Of a DNA stretch of 64,000 bases, positions 43,005 through 52,242 are shown piece after piece. The stretch lies in NCBI GenBank assembly GCA_964491385.1, contig CAZBGA010000006.1, forward strand, positions 5,445-69,444. The letters run 5' to 3'. Both the position numbers and the translations under genes were made by a program. The notes under the pieces were generated by a model that was given only the letters and a program-made list of their open reading frames with translations, was not told the origin of the DNA and did no database searches. Position 1 is the stretch's first letter, and every line of letters starts with the position of its first letter. Origin of the DNA: an uncultured Treponemataceae bacterium (GTDB lineage Bacteria > Spirochaetota > Spirochaetia > Treponematales > Rectinemataceae).

Positions 43005-43511
43005 ATGGATTTCGGTCGTATCTTGGACGATTGGGAGAGGATGAAACGCGGGCGTGGGGACTCGAGCCCGCCTCTTGCCCGGAAGGGCGCCGTAGCCGAC
43101 GCTTCTTCCCCCGATGCCGCGGCGCGGGGAGCCCTCGAGGCCTGGCTGGCCGAGCACGATGTCGGCGACAAGGACGCGGAATCGGGCGAGGCCGCGGGCG
43201 ACGCGGAGCGCAGTCGAGAGGCTCGCCGCCTGGCAGCCCTCAAGCCGGAGGCCGCGCTCGACCTCCATGGGATGACCGGAGAGGAGGCCGAGTCGGCCAT
43301 AGCGGTCTTCCTGGATAGCTCCTCGCGCATGGGTCTCGAGAAGGTGCTCTTGATTCATGGGAAGGGGCTTCATTCGGCGGGGATGCCCGTCCTGAAGAAA
43401 GCGGCTAGGCGCGCGCTCGAGGCCCATCCCTTGGCGGGACGATTCGGCGAGGCAGATAGAACCGACGGCGGCTCCGGCGCCCTATGGGTCCTGATCAGGA
43501 AGAAAGGGTAA
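43005..43511 (+). CDS. Smr (small MutS-related) domain protein
   Basis: LDLHGMTGEEAESAIAVFLD...LLIHGKG is the Smr LDLHG/HGxG core. Confidence 0.75.
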   Translation: MDFGRILDDWERMKRGRGDSSPPLARKGAVADASSPDAAARGALEAWLAEHDVGDKDAESGEAAGDAERSREARRLAALKPEAALDLHGMTGEEAESAIAVFLDSSSRMGLEKVLLIHGKGLHSAGMPVLKKAARRALEAHPLAGRFGEADRTDGGSGALWVLIRKKG

Positions 43512-43526
43512 ATTCCTTGGTTTAGT

Positions 43527-43745
43527 CTATTTTTCGCGGTAAATTATGCGTCCGCGGTTGAGATCGTAAGGGGAGAGGGCGACCTTCACCTTATCGCCCG
43601 GCACGATGCGTATGTAGTGCTTGCGCATCTTGCCCGATAGGTGGGCCAGGATGACATGGCCGTTCTGGAGCTCTACGCGGAACATGGTGTTGGGGAGGGA
43701 TTCCCTGACGACGCCCTCGACCTCTATAGCTTCTTCCTTGGCCAC
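43527..43745 (-). CDS. infA: translation initiation factor IF-1
   Basis: [72 protein letters not shown] is a near-canonical IF-1. Confidence 0.95.
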   Translation of the reverse strand: MAKEEAIEVEGVVRESLPNTMFRVELQNGHVILAHLSGKMRKHYIRIVPGDKVKVALSPYDLNRGRIIYREK

Positions 43746-43836
43746 GGTTGCTCCTCAGACGGATCGGCGCCGCGTCTCATGGGCGCCATCGGGAAACGGA
43801 CTCGCGGCAGTTGCAAAGACGCCTCGAGCGCATAAA

Positions 43837-43865
43837 ATAGTATGTGCTATCCGGAGGAATGTCAA
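43837..43865 (-). promoter_or_regulatory. sigma70-type promoter TTGACA-17 nt-TACTAT for infA
   Basis: On the minus strand, -35 is at 43865-43860 and -10 at 43842-43837, about 90 nt upstream of the infA ATG. Confidence 0.5.
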
Positions 43866-44026
43866 CCGATACGCAAAGGATGCGTCCTCGCGTAAGGAAG
43901 GGACTGATTTTCCTAGAATTTCAGCGGCTCCGGGCTATCGCGTTGCGCGCGGCATAGCCAACCTCGCTTGACTTTTTCGCTGGTTTATTGCATCGTGCCG
44001 GTCTTTCGAGCATTAGGAGGTGGCGA

Positions 44027-44383
44027 ATGGATAAGGATACGATCGAGAAGATGAAGGAGCTGCTCCTCTCGCAGAAGCGAGAGATCCTGGATACTCTCAT
44101 CGCAACGAACGCCGATTTCCGCGCCATCGTAGAGGAAATGGACCCCAAGGACTTCGCCGACGTCGCTTCGGACGATATCGACAGGAAAATGATAGAAGCT
44201 CTTGGCTCGGTTGAGATCAAGCGCTTACGCGCGATAGACGCGGCCCTCAGCAGGATCAATCAGGGCAAATACGGCTCATGCATGAAGTGCAATAAGAAGA
44301 TCCCCGCGGAGCGCCTTCAGGCCATACCCTACGCCGTCCTTTGCGTCGACTGCCAAAAAGGCGAGGAGCGCAGGAACCGTTAG
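44027..44383 (+). CDS. DksA/TraR-family C4 zinc-finger protein
   Basis: AGGAGG RBS. C-terminal CMKCNKKIPAERLQAIPYAVLCVDC preceded by a coiled-coil region. Confidence 0.8.
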   Translation: MDKDTIEKMKELLLSQKREILDTLIATNADFRAIVEEMDPKDFADVASDDIDRKMIEALGSVEIKRLRAIDAALSRINQGKYGSCMKCNKKIPAERLQAIPYAVLCVDCQKGEERRNR

Positions 44384-44424
44384 AAGCTTGCCGAAAAGGC
44401 TCCCATGTCTCATTCAACGTCCTT

Positions 44425-45276
44425 TCAAGTCTCATCGATCCCGACTTCAGTCCACGCCCCTTTGGACAGCACCGCGATCGAGTCGTAGCCTGCCGCCCGA
44501 GCGAGCTCTCGGGCCGAGTCCAGGTTGGCGCCTAGGTGCTCGGGGGCGTGAGCGTCCGCGGAGAAGGTTATGCGGACTCGCAGCGACCGCAACTCGCGCA
44601 GGATCGGCAGCGAGGGATAGGGTTCCTTGACCTTACCTCTGCTCATCCCGCCGACGTTGATCTCGACCACGATATCCCTGCCTTCGAGCGCGCCGGCGGC
44701 GCCGAGGGCCTCGTCGAGGTAGCCGGGAGAGGACTCGTCGAACCAGCGGCCTTCCACGTTGTTCTTCTTGACGAGATCGAAGTGGCCCAGGATGTCGAAG
44801 CCGCCCTCCGCGATCAGCTCGCCGAGCTGTTCGTAGTAGTCCCGGTATACCGCTCGGCCGACGTCCTCGCCGTCGTACTGCGCGGCGTGGCTCGCGAAAT
44901 CCTCAAGCCCCAAATCGACCGCGAAGCGTCCCGAGCCCGGAAGGTCGACGAAGTGCAGGGATCCGATGGAGTAATCGAGGCCGGCCGCCCGGAACAGCTC
45001 GTCGCGAGGCGAGGAAAGACCCTTTATCCATTCGATCTCGAGGCCAAGGAGGATTTCGAGACCTCGGCCCTCCCATTCCCGACCGAGCCTTCGGATCTCG
45101 GCCGCGTACTCGCCGAGGCGGGACAGCTCCATATTGCCCTCGTTCGGGAAGGGCAGGGGGCTGTGGGAGGAGAATCCGAGGATTCGGTAGCCTTTGGCGG
45201 CCGCCGCTGCGGCCATCTCGGAAGCCGTGGAGCGACCGTCGCAGAAATCGCAATGCGTATGGTAGTTCGCGCGCAC
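44425..45276 (-). CDS. PHP-family histidinol-phosphatase (HisJ/HisK type)
   Basis: MRANYHTHCDFCDG, GFSSHSP, GSLHF, GHFD, SADAH metal-ligand motifs. Confidence 0.8.
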   Translation of the reverse strand: MRANYHTHCDFCDGRSTASEMAAAAAAKGYRILGFSSHSPLPFPNEGNMELSRLGEYAAEIRRLGREWEGRGLEILLGLEIEWIKGLSSPRDELFRAAGLDYSIGSLHFVDLPGSGRFAVDLGLEDFASHAAQYDGEDVGRAVYRDYYEQLGELIAEGGFDILGHFDLVKKNNVEGRWFDESSPGYLDEALGAAGALEGRDIVVEINVGGMSRGKVKEPYPSLPILRELRSLRVRITFSADAHAPEHLGANLDSARELARAAGYDSIAVLSKGAWTEVGIDET

Positions 45277-45331
45277 GCCGGCATGGTAACGCGTTTCGGC
45301 TGCGCCTGAACAGTCGCGGCCGACGGCGCGG

Positions 45332-47833
45332 TCAATCCTTGAAATGCGGCGAGGCCGCTTCGGCGAAATCCGCGAATGCGGAGCGTACGGCCTCGAGCGC
45401 GAGGTAGGCGGCAGACATGTCTCCCTCCCTGCCTGCCGTTTCCCCCAAGAGGGCGGCGTCGCCGAGCCGCCTGGCGCTGAGATTCCAGGAAGCTCCCTTC
45501 AGCGAATGCGATATTTCCTTGAACCGCGTCGCGTCACCGGCGGCCAAGGCCTCCGCGAGCTCTTCGACCTGCCTGCCTGCCTTCTCCGCGAAGCGCTTGA
45601 GGAGATTCTTCACGGTATCGCTTTGCCCTAGGAAGGTCTCGAGCGCGCCAGCCCAGTCGAAGACCGTGGAATCCAGGCTTCGCGCCGCCCGAGGGTCGGT
45701 CGCGAGGGCCTTCGCGGGAGAGTCCGTCGCTTCCGCCTCCGGCGCGGCGCCGCTTGCGAGGGCCGCGGCCCCTTTCCGCGCCGGGCCGGCGCTTCCCGAG
45801 CCCGCGGCCGGAAGATATGCCGCGAGGACGGCCGCGAGGTCCTCCCTCTTGAACGGCTTAACGAGGATGTCGTTCATTCCCGCCTCGATGCAATTCTCGC
45901 GCTCTCCCTTGAGCGCGCTCGCGGTGACGGCGACGATCGGACCCGAATAGCCCTTGTCGCGGAGCGCGCGCGCGGCGTCGTAGCCCGACAGCCTCGGCAT
46001 GAAGATATCCATGAGGACGAGATCGAAGCGCCGGCCTGAGCCGATCTCGACCGCCTCGACGCCGTCGCGCGCCGTCACGACGCTGCAACCCATCTTTCCC
46101 AGCAGCAGCGTGAAGAGTTCGCGATTGACCTCATGGTCCTCGGCCAGCAGCACGGCGCCCTCGAATCGCCTTTCCTCGATGCCGTGGGCTTCAGGGAGCT
46201 CGGCTTCCGCGGCCTCGAGGTCGACTTCCGATGAAAGTGCGCGGGCGACCGCGTCGATGAGCTCTGCCGGCTTTATCGGCTTCGAGATGTAGCCGTTGAA
46301 CCATCGAAGGAGCTTCATCTTGGCGTCGCCGCTGATCGTCCCGAGGGGAGCCATTAGTATCAGACGCGCGCCGTTGATAGCCGTATCGCCCGTGATCTCG
46401 CTGGCGAGGCGCCAGCCGTCCATCCTGGGCATGTTCTGGTCGACGAGGCACAGGGAGAAGGCGTCTCCCGCGGCGACGGCCTCGCGCAGCGCGTAGAGCG
46501 CCTCCTCGCCTGAGCTCGCCTCGCTGATGCGGTAGCCCGCGGAGGCCGCCGACCTTCCGGCAAAGGCCCGCGCAGGAGCGTAGTCGTCCACGACGAGGAG
46601 GCGCGCTCCGCCTTCGGGACCGGCCAGCCGCGACGATCCCGCATTCGGCAGGGCGGCCCTCGGCGAGGCCGAGTATTCGGGAGCGTCCAGAGGCAGCTCG
46701 AACCAGAAGACGGAGCCGATATCGCCCCCTTCGGGACGGGATGCCGCGCCGGACGGCAGGACGCCGATCGCGCCGCCCATGAGCTCGACGAGGTGGCGCG
46801 AGATGGCGAGTCCGAGGCCGGTACCGCCCGCCTTGCGCGCCTGCGCGGGATCGCCCTGGAAGAAGGGCGTGAACAGCCTCTCTCGCGTCGATTCGGGGAT
46901 CCCCGGGCCGGTGTCCGCGACTTCGAAGCGCATGCGGGGACCGGCGGGCGACGGCACGCGGCGCAGGATCAGCGTTATGCCTCCCTCGCGCGTGAATTTG
47001 ACGGCGTTCTTGAACAGGTTGACGATGATCTGACGAAGCCGGCCGGGATCGCCGCGGACGAGGGCGGGAAGCTCGTCGTCCACGTCGACGATAATCTCGA
47101 GGCCCTTGCGATTCGCCTCCATCGCGAGGAGATCGACGGACTGGTGGACCCAGGACCTGAGGTCGAAGCTCGTCGTCTCGAGCTCGAGCCTGCCCGCCTC
47201 GATCTTTGAGAAATCGAGGATGTCGTTGATGAGGCCGAGGAGGACGTCGGCCGAGAAGCGTACTTGATTCACGTAATCGGACTGTTCCGTATCGAGTTCC
47301 GTCTCGCGCAGGAGCTCGACGACGCCCAGTATGGTCTGGATCGGCGTCCTGATCTCGTGGCTCATGTTGGCCAGGAACTGGCTCTTCGTGTGCGTGGCCT
47401 TCTCCGCCTCGTCCTTCGCGTCCCGGAGGCCCTTCTCGCGGAGGACTCGCTCGGTCGCGTCCTCGGCGACGAACATGAGGAAGCGCTCGGCGCTGCCGCC
47501 TTGCCCGGCCGCGGCGAGCTCCACTCGCGAGAGGGCGAGGCCTAGCCAGCGCATGGTCCCGTCGGCGGCCCGGATGGGGCTCTCGATCGTGGAGTTCTTC
47601 TTGCCGCCGAGGAGTATTTCGGCGGCGAAATAGCCGAGGCGCGCGCCCTCGCGCTCGGCGACGAAATCGAAGAAGGAGATCGCGAGCTTTTCGGGCCCGA
47701 CTCCGGCCAGGCTGCGGAAGAGGGACTCGAAGGCGGAGTTCCACATGGCGAGCAGACCCCGCCCGTCGACCAGCGCGACGGGAAGGGCCGCCTGGTCGAA
47801 GACCGCCCTCAGGAGGGCATCGGGCAAGGACAT
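45332..47833 (-). CDS. hybrid sensor kinase: PAS - HisKA - HATPase_c - REC - REC - Hpt
   Basis: FLANMSHEIRTPIQ, NLFKNAVKFT, DTGPGIP, GTGLGLAIS. Receivers LLVVDD...LVDQNMPRMDG and VLLAEDHEVN...LMDIFMPRLSG. Hpt ISHSLKGAS. Confidence 0.9.
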   Translation of the reverse strand: MSLPDALLRAVFDQAALPVALVDGRGLLAMWNSAFESLFRSLAGVGPEKLAISFFDFVAEREGARLGYFAAEILLGGKKNSTIESPIRAADGTMRWLGLALSRVELAAAGQGGSAERFLMFVAEDATERVLREKGLRDAKDEAEKATHTKSQFLANMSHEIRTPIQTILGVVELLRETELDTEQSDYVNQVRFSADVLLGLINDILDFSKIEAGRLELETTSFDLRSWVHQSVDLLAMEANRKGLEIIVDVDDELPALVRGDPGRLRQIIVNLFKNAVKFTREGGITLILRRVPSPAGPRMRFEVADTGPGIPESTRERLFTPFFQGDPAQARKAGGTGLGLAISRHLVELMGGAIGVLPSGAASRPEGGDIGSVFWFELPLDAPEYSASPRAALPNAGSSRLAGPEGGARLLVVDDYAPARAFAGRSAASAGYRISEASSGEEALYALREAVAAGDAFSLCLVDQNMPRMDGWRLASEITGDTAINGARLILMAPLGTISGDAKMKLLRWFNGYISKPIKPAELIDAVARALSSEVDLEAAEAELPEAHGIEERRFEGAVLLAEDHEVNRELFTLLLGKMGCSVVTARDGVEAVEIGSGRRFDLVLMDIFMPRLSGYDAARALRDKGYSGPIVAVTASALKGERENCIEAGMNDILVKPFKREDLAAVLAAYLPAAGSGSAGPARKGAAALASGAAPEAEATDSPAKALATDPRAARSLDSTVFDWAGALETFLGQSDTVKNLLKRFAEKAGRQVEELAEALAAGDATRFKEISHSLKGASWNLSARRLGDAALLGETAGREGDMSAAYLALEAVRSAFADFAEAASPHFKD

Positions 47834-49110
47834 CAGAAATTCGCCTTGAGTATCTCGAGGGTCTTCTTGAGGATCTGATCGGGCTTCAGGGGCTTGATCA
47901 GGTAGCTCTTGACGCCGGCCTGGAAGGCGCGCATGACCGCCTCGCGCTGGCTTACCGCAGATAGGATGATGACCGGTATCTCGATATCCTCGGCCCTGAG
48001 CCGCGCCAGGACCTGGAAGCCGTCCATCCCCGGCATCAGGATATCGAGGAAGACGAGGTCGTAGCCCTTGGCCTTGGCCGCCTCGATGAATTCGCTCCCG
48101 TTCTGGAAGGCGCTCACCGACGCGCTTATCGCGCCGAACGTCGTCTTGACGAGTTCCTGGATCACGAAGTCGTCGTCGACGACGGCTATCGACAGCCCCG
48201 CTCCCGCCTCGCGCATGGACTCGATGCTGAGCGGCTTCTTCGCCTCCTCGACGAAGCGCATTTCTATGGACTCGCGCGAGGCTTCGTGCGTCTGGGCGGA
48301 CAGTATGCGCTCGGCGAGCATCTCGGCCTTGCCCTCTCCCAGCTCGGCCTGGGGGTCGTAGTCCGTGAGCAGGCCGTCGAGCGCGTATTGGAGGTTGGAA
48401 ACCACTTCGAGGTCGGCGAAGGCGGGTCTGCCGCGAACGAATTCACGGGCGAACGCCGAGTTGGTGAGGAGCTTGATATGGCGCGCCTTCGCCCCCGAGC
48501 GGTCGAGCAGTATCCGGATGAGAAGCTCCAGATTCGTGCCGTCGACGAAGCTGAGCTCCATGTCGGCGAGCATGACGAGGATCCTCGGGCTGCGGATGGA
48601 GTAGAGTCCCTGGAGCTCGGCGATCTTGAAGCGCAGGAGGTCCACCTTCTCCCGGTTCAGACCTTTGGCTATCTCGACAAAGACGATGTTGTCGTTGACG
48701 TGGGCCTCGATGACGCAGGGCGTCGTATCCACCTCGAGGCTCACGCCGAGGATCTCCGAAAGGGTCGCGAAGAGCCCGTCGATTTTTATCGGCTTCATCA
48801 TGACCCGCTTGATGTTGTAGGGGACGAGCTCGAGCAGGCGATTCTTCTCGATCTTCTGGGCAGTGAGGACGACGGGTATGGAGGCCGTATTGGGATTGCG
48901 GTTCTTTTCCTCGAGGACCTCCTTACAGGTCCTGCGGGTGAGGCTGTAGTCCAGGATCACCAGGTCGGGGAGCGAGTTGCGGAGCTTGACCGCGCCGTCG
49001 AGGCCGTTGATCGCGGTCTCCACGTTCAGCCCGCCCGCGGTCAGCCTGTCCTTGAGGTACTCGCGGAAGAGATCGGACTCGTCAATTATCAGTACGTTCT
49101 TGCGCGCCAT
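47833..49110 (-). CDS. REC - STAS-like - REC response regulator
   Basis: MARKNVLIIDES...LVILDYSL...MMKPIK. Middle segment VIEAHVNDNIVFVEIAKGLNREKV...ILVMLADMELSFVDGTNLELLIRIL resembles an anti-sigma-antagonist/STAS fold. Second REC VVDDDF...LVFLDILMPGMDG...LIKPLK. The N-terminal 427 aa of ORF 47833..50394 are a shadow of pfk. Confidence 0.8.
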   Translation of the reverse strand: MARKNVLIIDESDLFREYLKDRLTAGGLNVETAINGLDGAVKLRNSLPDLVILDYSLTRRTCKEVLEEKNRNPNTASIPVVLTAQKIEKNRLLELVPYNIKRVMMKPIKIDGLFATLSEILGVSLEVDTTPCVIEAHVNDNIVFVEIAKGLNREKVDLLRFKIAELQGLYSIRSPRILVMLADMELSFVDGTNLELLIRILLDRSGAKARHIKLLTNSAFAREFVRGRPAFADLEVVSNLQYALDGLLTDYDPQAELGEGKAEMLAERILSAQTHEASRESIEMRFVEEAKKPLSIESMREAGAGLSIAVVDDDFVIQELVKTTFGAISASVSAFQNGSEFIEAAKAKGYDLVFLDILMPGMDGFQVLARLRAEDIEIPVIILSAVSQREAVMRAFQAGVKSYLIKPLKPDQILKKTLEILKANF

Positions 49111-49112
49111 GG

Positions 49113-50435
49113 CTAGCTCGGGTTGACCATGACCGGGGGCTGCTGGGTCGCGTCTACCGCGTCTCGCCAAAGGGCGCCCTCGGGGTCGACGTAATTCCGG
49201 CGCGAGACCGCCGCCTTTACGGGGATGTGCACATACTGGCCGTGGACGATCCCTATGAGGACCTTCGTCCGTCCAGCCATCGCCGCGTGGACGGCGTTGT
49301 TGCCCAGCCGCTCGCAATAAGCCGAGTCCGTCGGGACCGCGGGGGCCGAGCGGACCATGTAGCTCGGATCTATATACTTGACCGTCGCATCGATGCCCTT
49401 CTTCCTGAAGTGGTCGGCGATCCGGTCGCGGAGGAAGACTCCCACGTCGCCCAGCTTCGGATTTCCGGAAGCGTCGACTCCTTCGGATTTCAGGAACTCC
49501 TGGCCCGCGCCCTCGGCGACTACCACGACGGCGTGGGACCTGCGTGCCAGGCGATCCTCGAGATGGCGCAGGAAGCCGTTTGGCCCGTCGATCTCGAAGG
49601 GCACCTCGGGTATGAGGACGAAGTTCGCCTCGTGGACCGCGAGGACGGTATGGACCGCGATGAAGCCCGATTCCCTGCCCATCAGCTTCACGAGGCCGAC
49701 GCCGTTCATCGCCGAATGGGCCTCGACGTGGGCGGCCGATACCGCCTCCGCCGCCCGCGCGACGGCAGTCTCGAACCCGAAGGTCCTGTCGACGAAGCGG
49801 AGGTCGTTGTCTATGGTCTTGGGGATGCCGACTACCGCGATCTTGAGGTCCCGCCTCTCTATCTCCTCGGCGATCGCGACGGCGCCCTTCTGCGTCCCGT
49901 CGCCGCCTATCGTGAAGAGCATGTTGAGATTGAGCCTCTCGATGGCGTCTACGATGTCGACGGTCCGCTCGCCGCCCCCGCGCGACGAGCCGAGGAAGGT
50001 GCCTCCGACCTTGTGCACCTCGTCGACCGTCTCGGGATCGAGCGGCTTCGTGCCGATATTGAACTCGGGGAGGAAGCCGCGGTAGCCGTAGCGGACCCCC
50101 GTAATGCGGCGGACCCCGTAGCGAAACCACAGGCAGCGCACGATGGCGCGGATGACGTCGTTGATGCCGGGGCAGAGACCGCCGCAAGTGACTACGCCCG
50201 CATGGACGTGGCTCGGGGCGAAGAATATCTGCTGGCGCGGCCCCGCCTTTTCGAGGAGGCCGGCCCGCTCCAGACTGCCTTGGTCGCCCGGTCGAGCGTC
50301 GACGTCGTACCGGACGAACTCGTCGTCGGCGACGTAGTTCGCGAGGGAGTCGCCGGTCTTCGTGGAAAGGACGATCGGCGAGGGGATGCCGCACCTTCCG
50401 AGGACCTGAACGCTGAAATCGATCTCTTCGTTCAT
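49113..50435 (-). CDS. pfk: 6-phosphofructokinase (long, plant/spirochaete-like PfkA family; phosphoryl donor ambiguous)
   Basis: [48 protein letters not shown] use the ATG at 50435 (MNEEIDF...). Confidence 0.85.
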   Translation of the reverse strand: MNEEIDFSVQVLGRCGIPSPIVLSTKTGDSLANYVADDEFVRYDVDARPGDQGSLERAGLLEKAGPRQQIFFAPSHVHAGVVTCGGLCPGINDVIRAIVRCLWFRYGVRRITGVRYGYRGFLPEFNIGTKPLDPETVDEVHKVGGTFLGSSRGGGERTVDIVDAIERLNLNMLFTIGGDGTQKGAVAIAEEIERRDLKIAVVGIPKTIDNDLRFVDRTFGFETAVARAAEAVSAAHVEAHSAMNGVGLVKLMGRESGFIAVHTVLAVHEANFVLIPEVPFEIDGPNGFLRHLEDRLARRSHAVVVVAEGAGQEFLKSEGVDASGNPKLGDVGVFLRDRIADHFRKKGIDATVKYIDPSYMVRSAPAVPTDSAYCERLGNNAVHAAMAGRTKVLIGIVHGQYVHIPVKAAVSRRNYVDPEGALWRDAVDATQQPPVMVNPS

Positions 50436-50701
50436 CGTGGCTAAGAGTATAGCGGAAGGATCCGGCGGGCGCAATTAACGCGGGAGCCCGCGCTGCCGCG
50501 TCGCCTGCGGTCCTTGACTGGGCGGCAGGATAAAAACTACACTTTCGGCGTGATTCGCCCTCGGAATAACGCCGCGCTTCCGCCGCTCAGCCGTCATAAA
50601 GGAGCGAAAGAGTATGACCCCGCGTTTTTTCCATTCCTCGCAGAGCCAACGTGCCGAGCTGATTCGGCGCGCGGAATGTCGATGAAGCGCGGAGCCGCGG
50701 C

Positions 50702-52225
50702 ATGAGCGATTCTCAGCGGCGCGGCGGAGCCCCGAGGGTCATATTCGCCGTCGACGGCGAGGAGGAAAGGGAAGCCTTCGCCGCGGCCTTCAAGTCCTCA
50801 TGCCCGGGCGGCGAGCTGTTCTTCCCCGCCAACATCGCCGACGTCGAGGCTCTCTACTCCAACGACCGAGCGGACGCCATCGTGACCGACCTCCGCTTCC
50901 ACGGCGGCGCCCTCGCGGACTGGCTCACCTTTTGGCCCTTGCCCGTCGTCCTCCTCGTCGACCCGGAGGACGACATGGACCGCGTCGAGAAGACCGTCCG
51001 CGACGAGGCCGCGCTATTCGTCCTGCGCATCCCCGGCTTCGGGCATATCCGCGCCCTGCCGCTCCTGATCCGCAAGTCGCTCAACGTCCGCGAGAGCGTG
51101 GCCCGCCAGAACGCGCATCTCCAGATGTCCGAGCATCAGTACATGAACCTGCTCCAGGCCATCCCCGATATCGTCTACATCATCGACGGCGGAGGACGGT
51201 TCGTCTACGTCAACGACTCGATCCGAGGAATAGGCTATGAGCCCTCAAAGCTCATAGGGATGCACTTCAGCGTGATAGTCCATCCCGAGGACGTTCCCAG
51301 GGTGAGCCGCGCCGACGCCTTGCGCTCGCTGCGCGGAGTCGTGACGGGCGACGAAGGAGCCCCGAAGCTCTTCGACGAACGGCGATCAGGGCGGCGCATG
51401 ACGCGCAATCTCGAGCTCCGGCTGCGGCCAGGCGACATGGTCGGCGATTACCGTATCGGCTCAGTCACCTCCTACGGCGAAGTGAGCTGCTCGGGTTTCG
51501 CCCTACCCGAATTCCAGGGAGTCGAGCAGGGGACCGTCGGTATAATACGCGACATCACCCTGCGCAAGGAGCATGAGCTGGCCCTCGAGTCCGACCTCGC
51601 GTCCAAGGAAGTCCTCCTGAAGGAAATACACCACAGGGTGAAGAACAACCTCCAGGTAGTCTCGAGCCTCCTCAACATCCAGGAAGCCGCGATACTCGAC
51701 GAGGACGCGCGCAAAGTCTTCGTCGAGTGCCAAACCCAGATACAGACGATGGCGATGGTGCACGAGGTCCTTTATAGGTCCTCGAGCTTCGAAGGCGTGA
51801 GGATGGATACCTATTTCGAGCGCCTCGTCGACTATCTGTCGAGCGTATACGAGGGCGGTTACCGGGGAGTTTCGTGTAGGGTCGAGGCGAACGGGGCTTC
51901 GCTCGACCTTGACGACGCCATGCCCGTGGCCCTCATCGTGAACGAGCTCGTGTCGAATTGCATGAAGCACGCCTTTCCGGTAGGACGCGACGGCAAGATC
52001 CGGGTATCCTTGCGCGAGTCCGGCGAAGGCTGGCTCCTCGAGGTCGAGGACGACGGCGTCGGCTTCGACCGAGGCGCCGCCGGCGTCCTCGCCGATGGCG
52101 AGAAGGAGTCGGGCATCGGCACCGAACTCGTACTCGCCCTCGCCGCGCAGGTGCGCGGCGAGGTGACCCGTTCCCCGGGAAGAGGCGGTGCCGGGACACT
52201 GGTCTCGATTTCCTTCGCCAGGTGA
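50702..52225 (+). CDS. cytoplasmic sensor kinase: degenerate REC-like N-domain - PAS - HisKA_2/HATPase
   Basis: LLKEIHHRVKNNLQVVSSLLNIQ (HisKA_2 H-box), NELVSNCMKHAF, DDGVGF, GIGTELV. The N-domain has IFAVDGEEE...IVTDLRF. Confidence 0.8.
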   Translation: MSDSQRRGGAPRVIFAVDGEEEREAFAAAFKSSCPGGELFFPANIADVEALYSNDRADAIVTDLRFHGGALADWLTFWPLPVVLLVDPEDDMDRVEKTVRDEAALFVLRIPGFGHIRALPLLIRKSLNVRESVARQNAHLQMSEHQYMNLLQAIPDIVYIIDGGGRFVYVNDSIRGIGYEPSKLIGMHFSVIVHPEDVPRVSRADALRSLRGVVTGDEGAPKLFDERRSGRRMTRNLELRLRPGDMVGDYRIGSVTSYGEVSCSGFALPEFQGVEQGTVGIIRDITLRKEHELALESDLASKEVLLKEIHHRVKNNLQVVSSLLNIQEAAILDEDARKVFVECQTQIQTMAMVHEVLYRSSSFEGVRMDTYFERLVDYLSSVYEGGYRGVSCRVEANGASLDLDDAMPVALIVNELVSNCMKHAFPVGRDGKIRVSLRESGEGWLLEVEDDGVGFDRGAAGVLADGEKESGIGTELVLALAAQVRGEVTRSPGRGGAGTLVSISFAR

Positions 52226-52242
52226 AATTCGAGTTCAGGCTC

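Noticed and set aside
47833-50394. 853-aa ORF as a single gene
   Set aside because: Its N-terminal 427 aa are Arg/Pro-rich and overlap pfk out of frame. The real gene starts at the ATG 49110 (MARKNVLIIDES...).
50614-50685. 23-aa ORF (MTPRFFHSSQSQRAELIRRAECR) with a good AAGGAG RBS, 17 nt upstream of the HisKA_2 kinase gene
   Set aside because: It could be a leader peptide. However, there is no attenuator structure, codon bias or conservation evidence, and it is indistinguishable from chance at this length.
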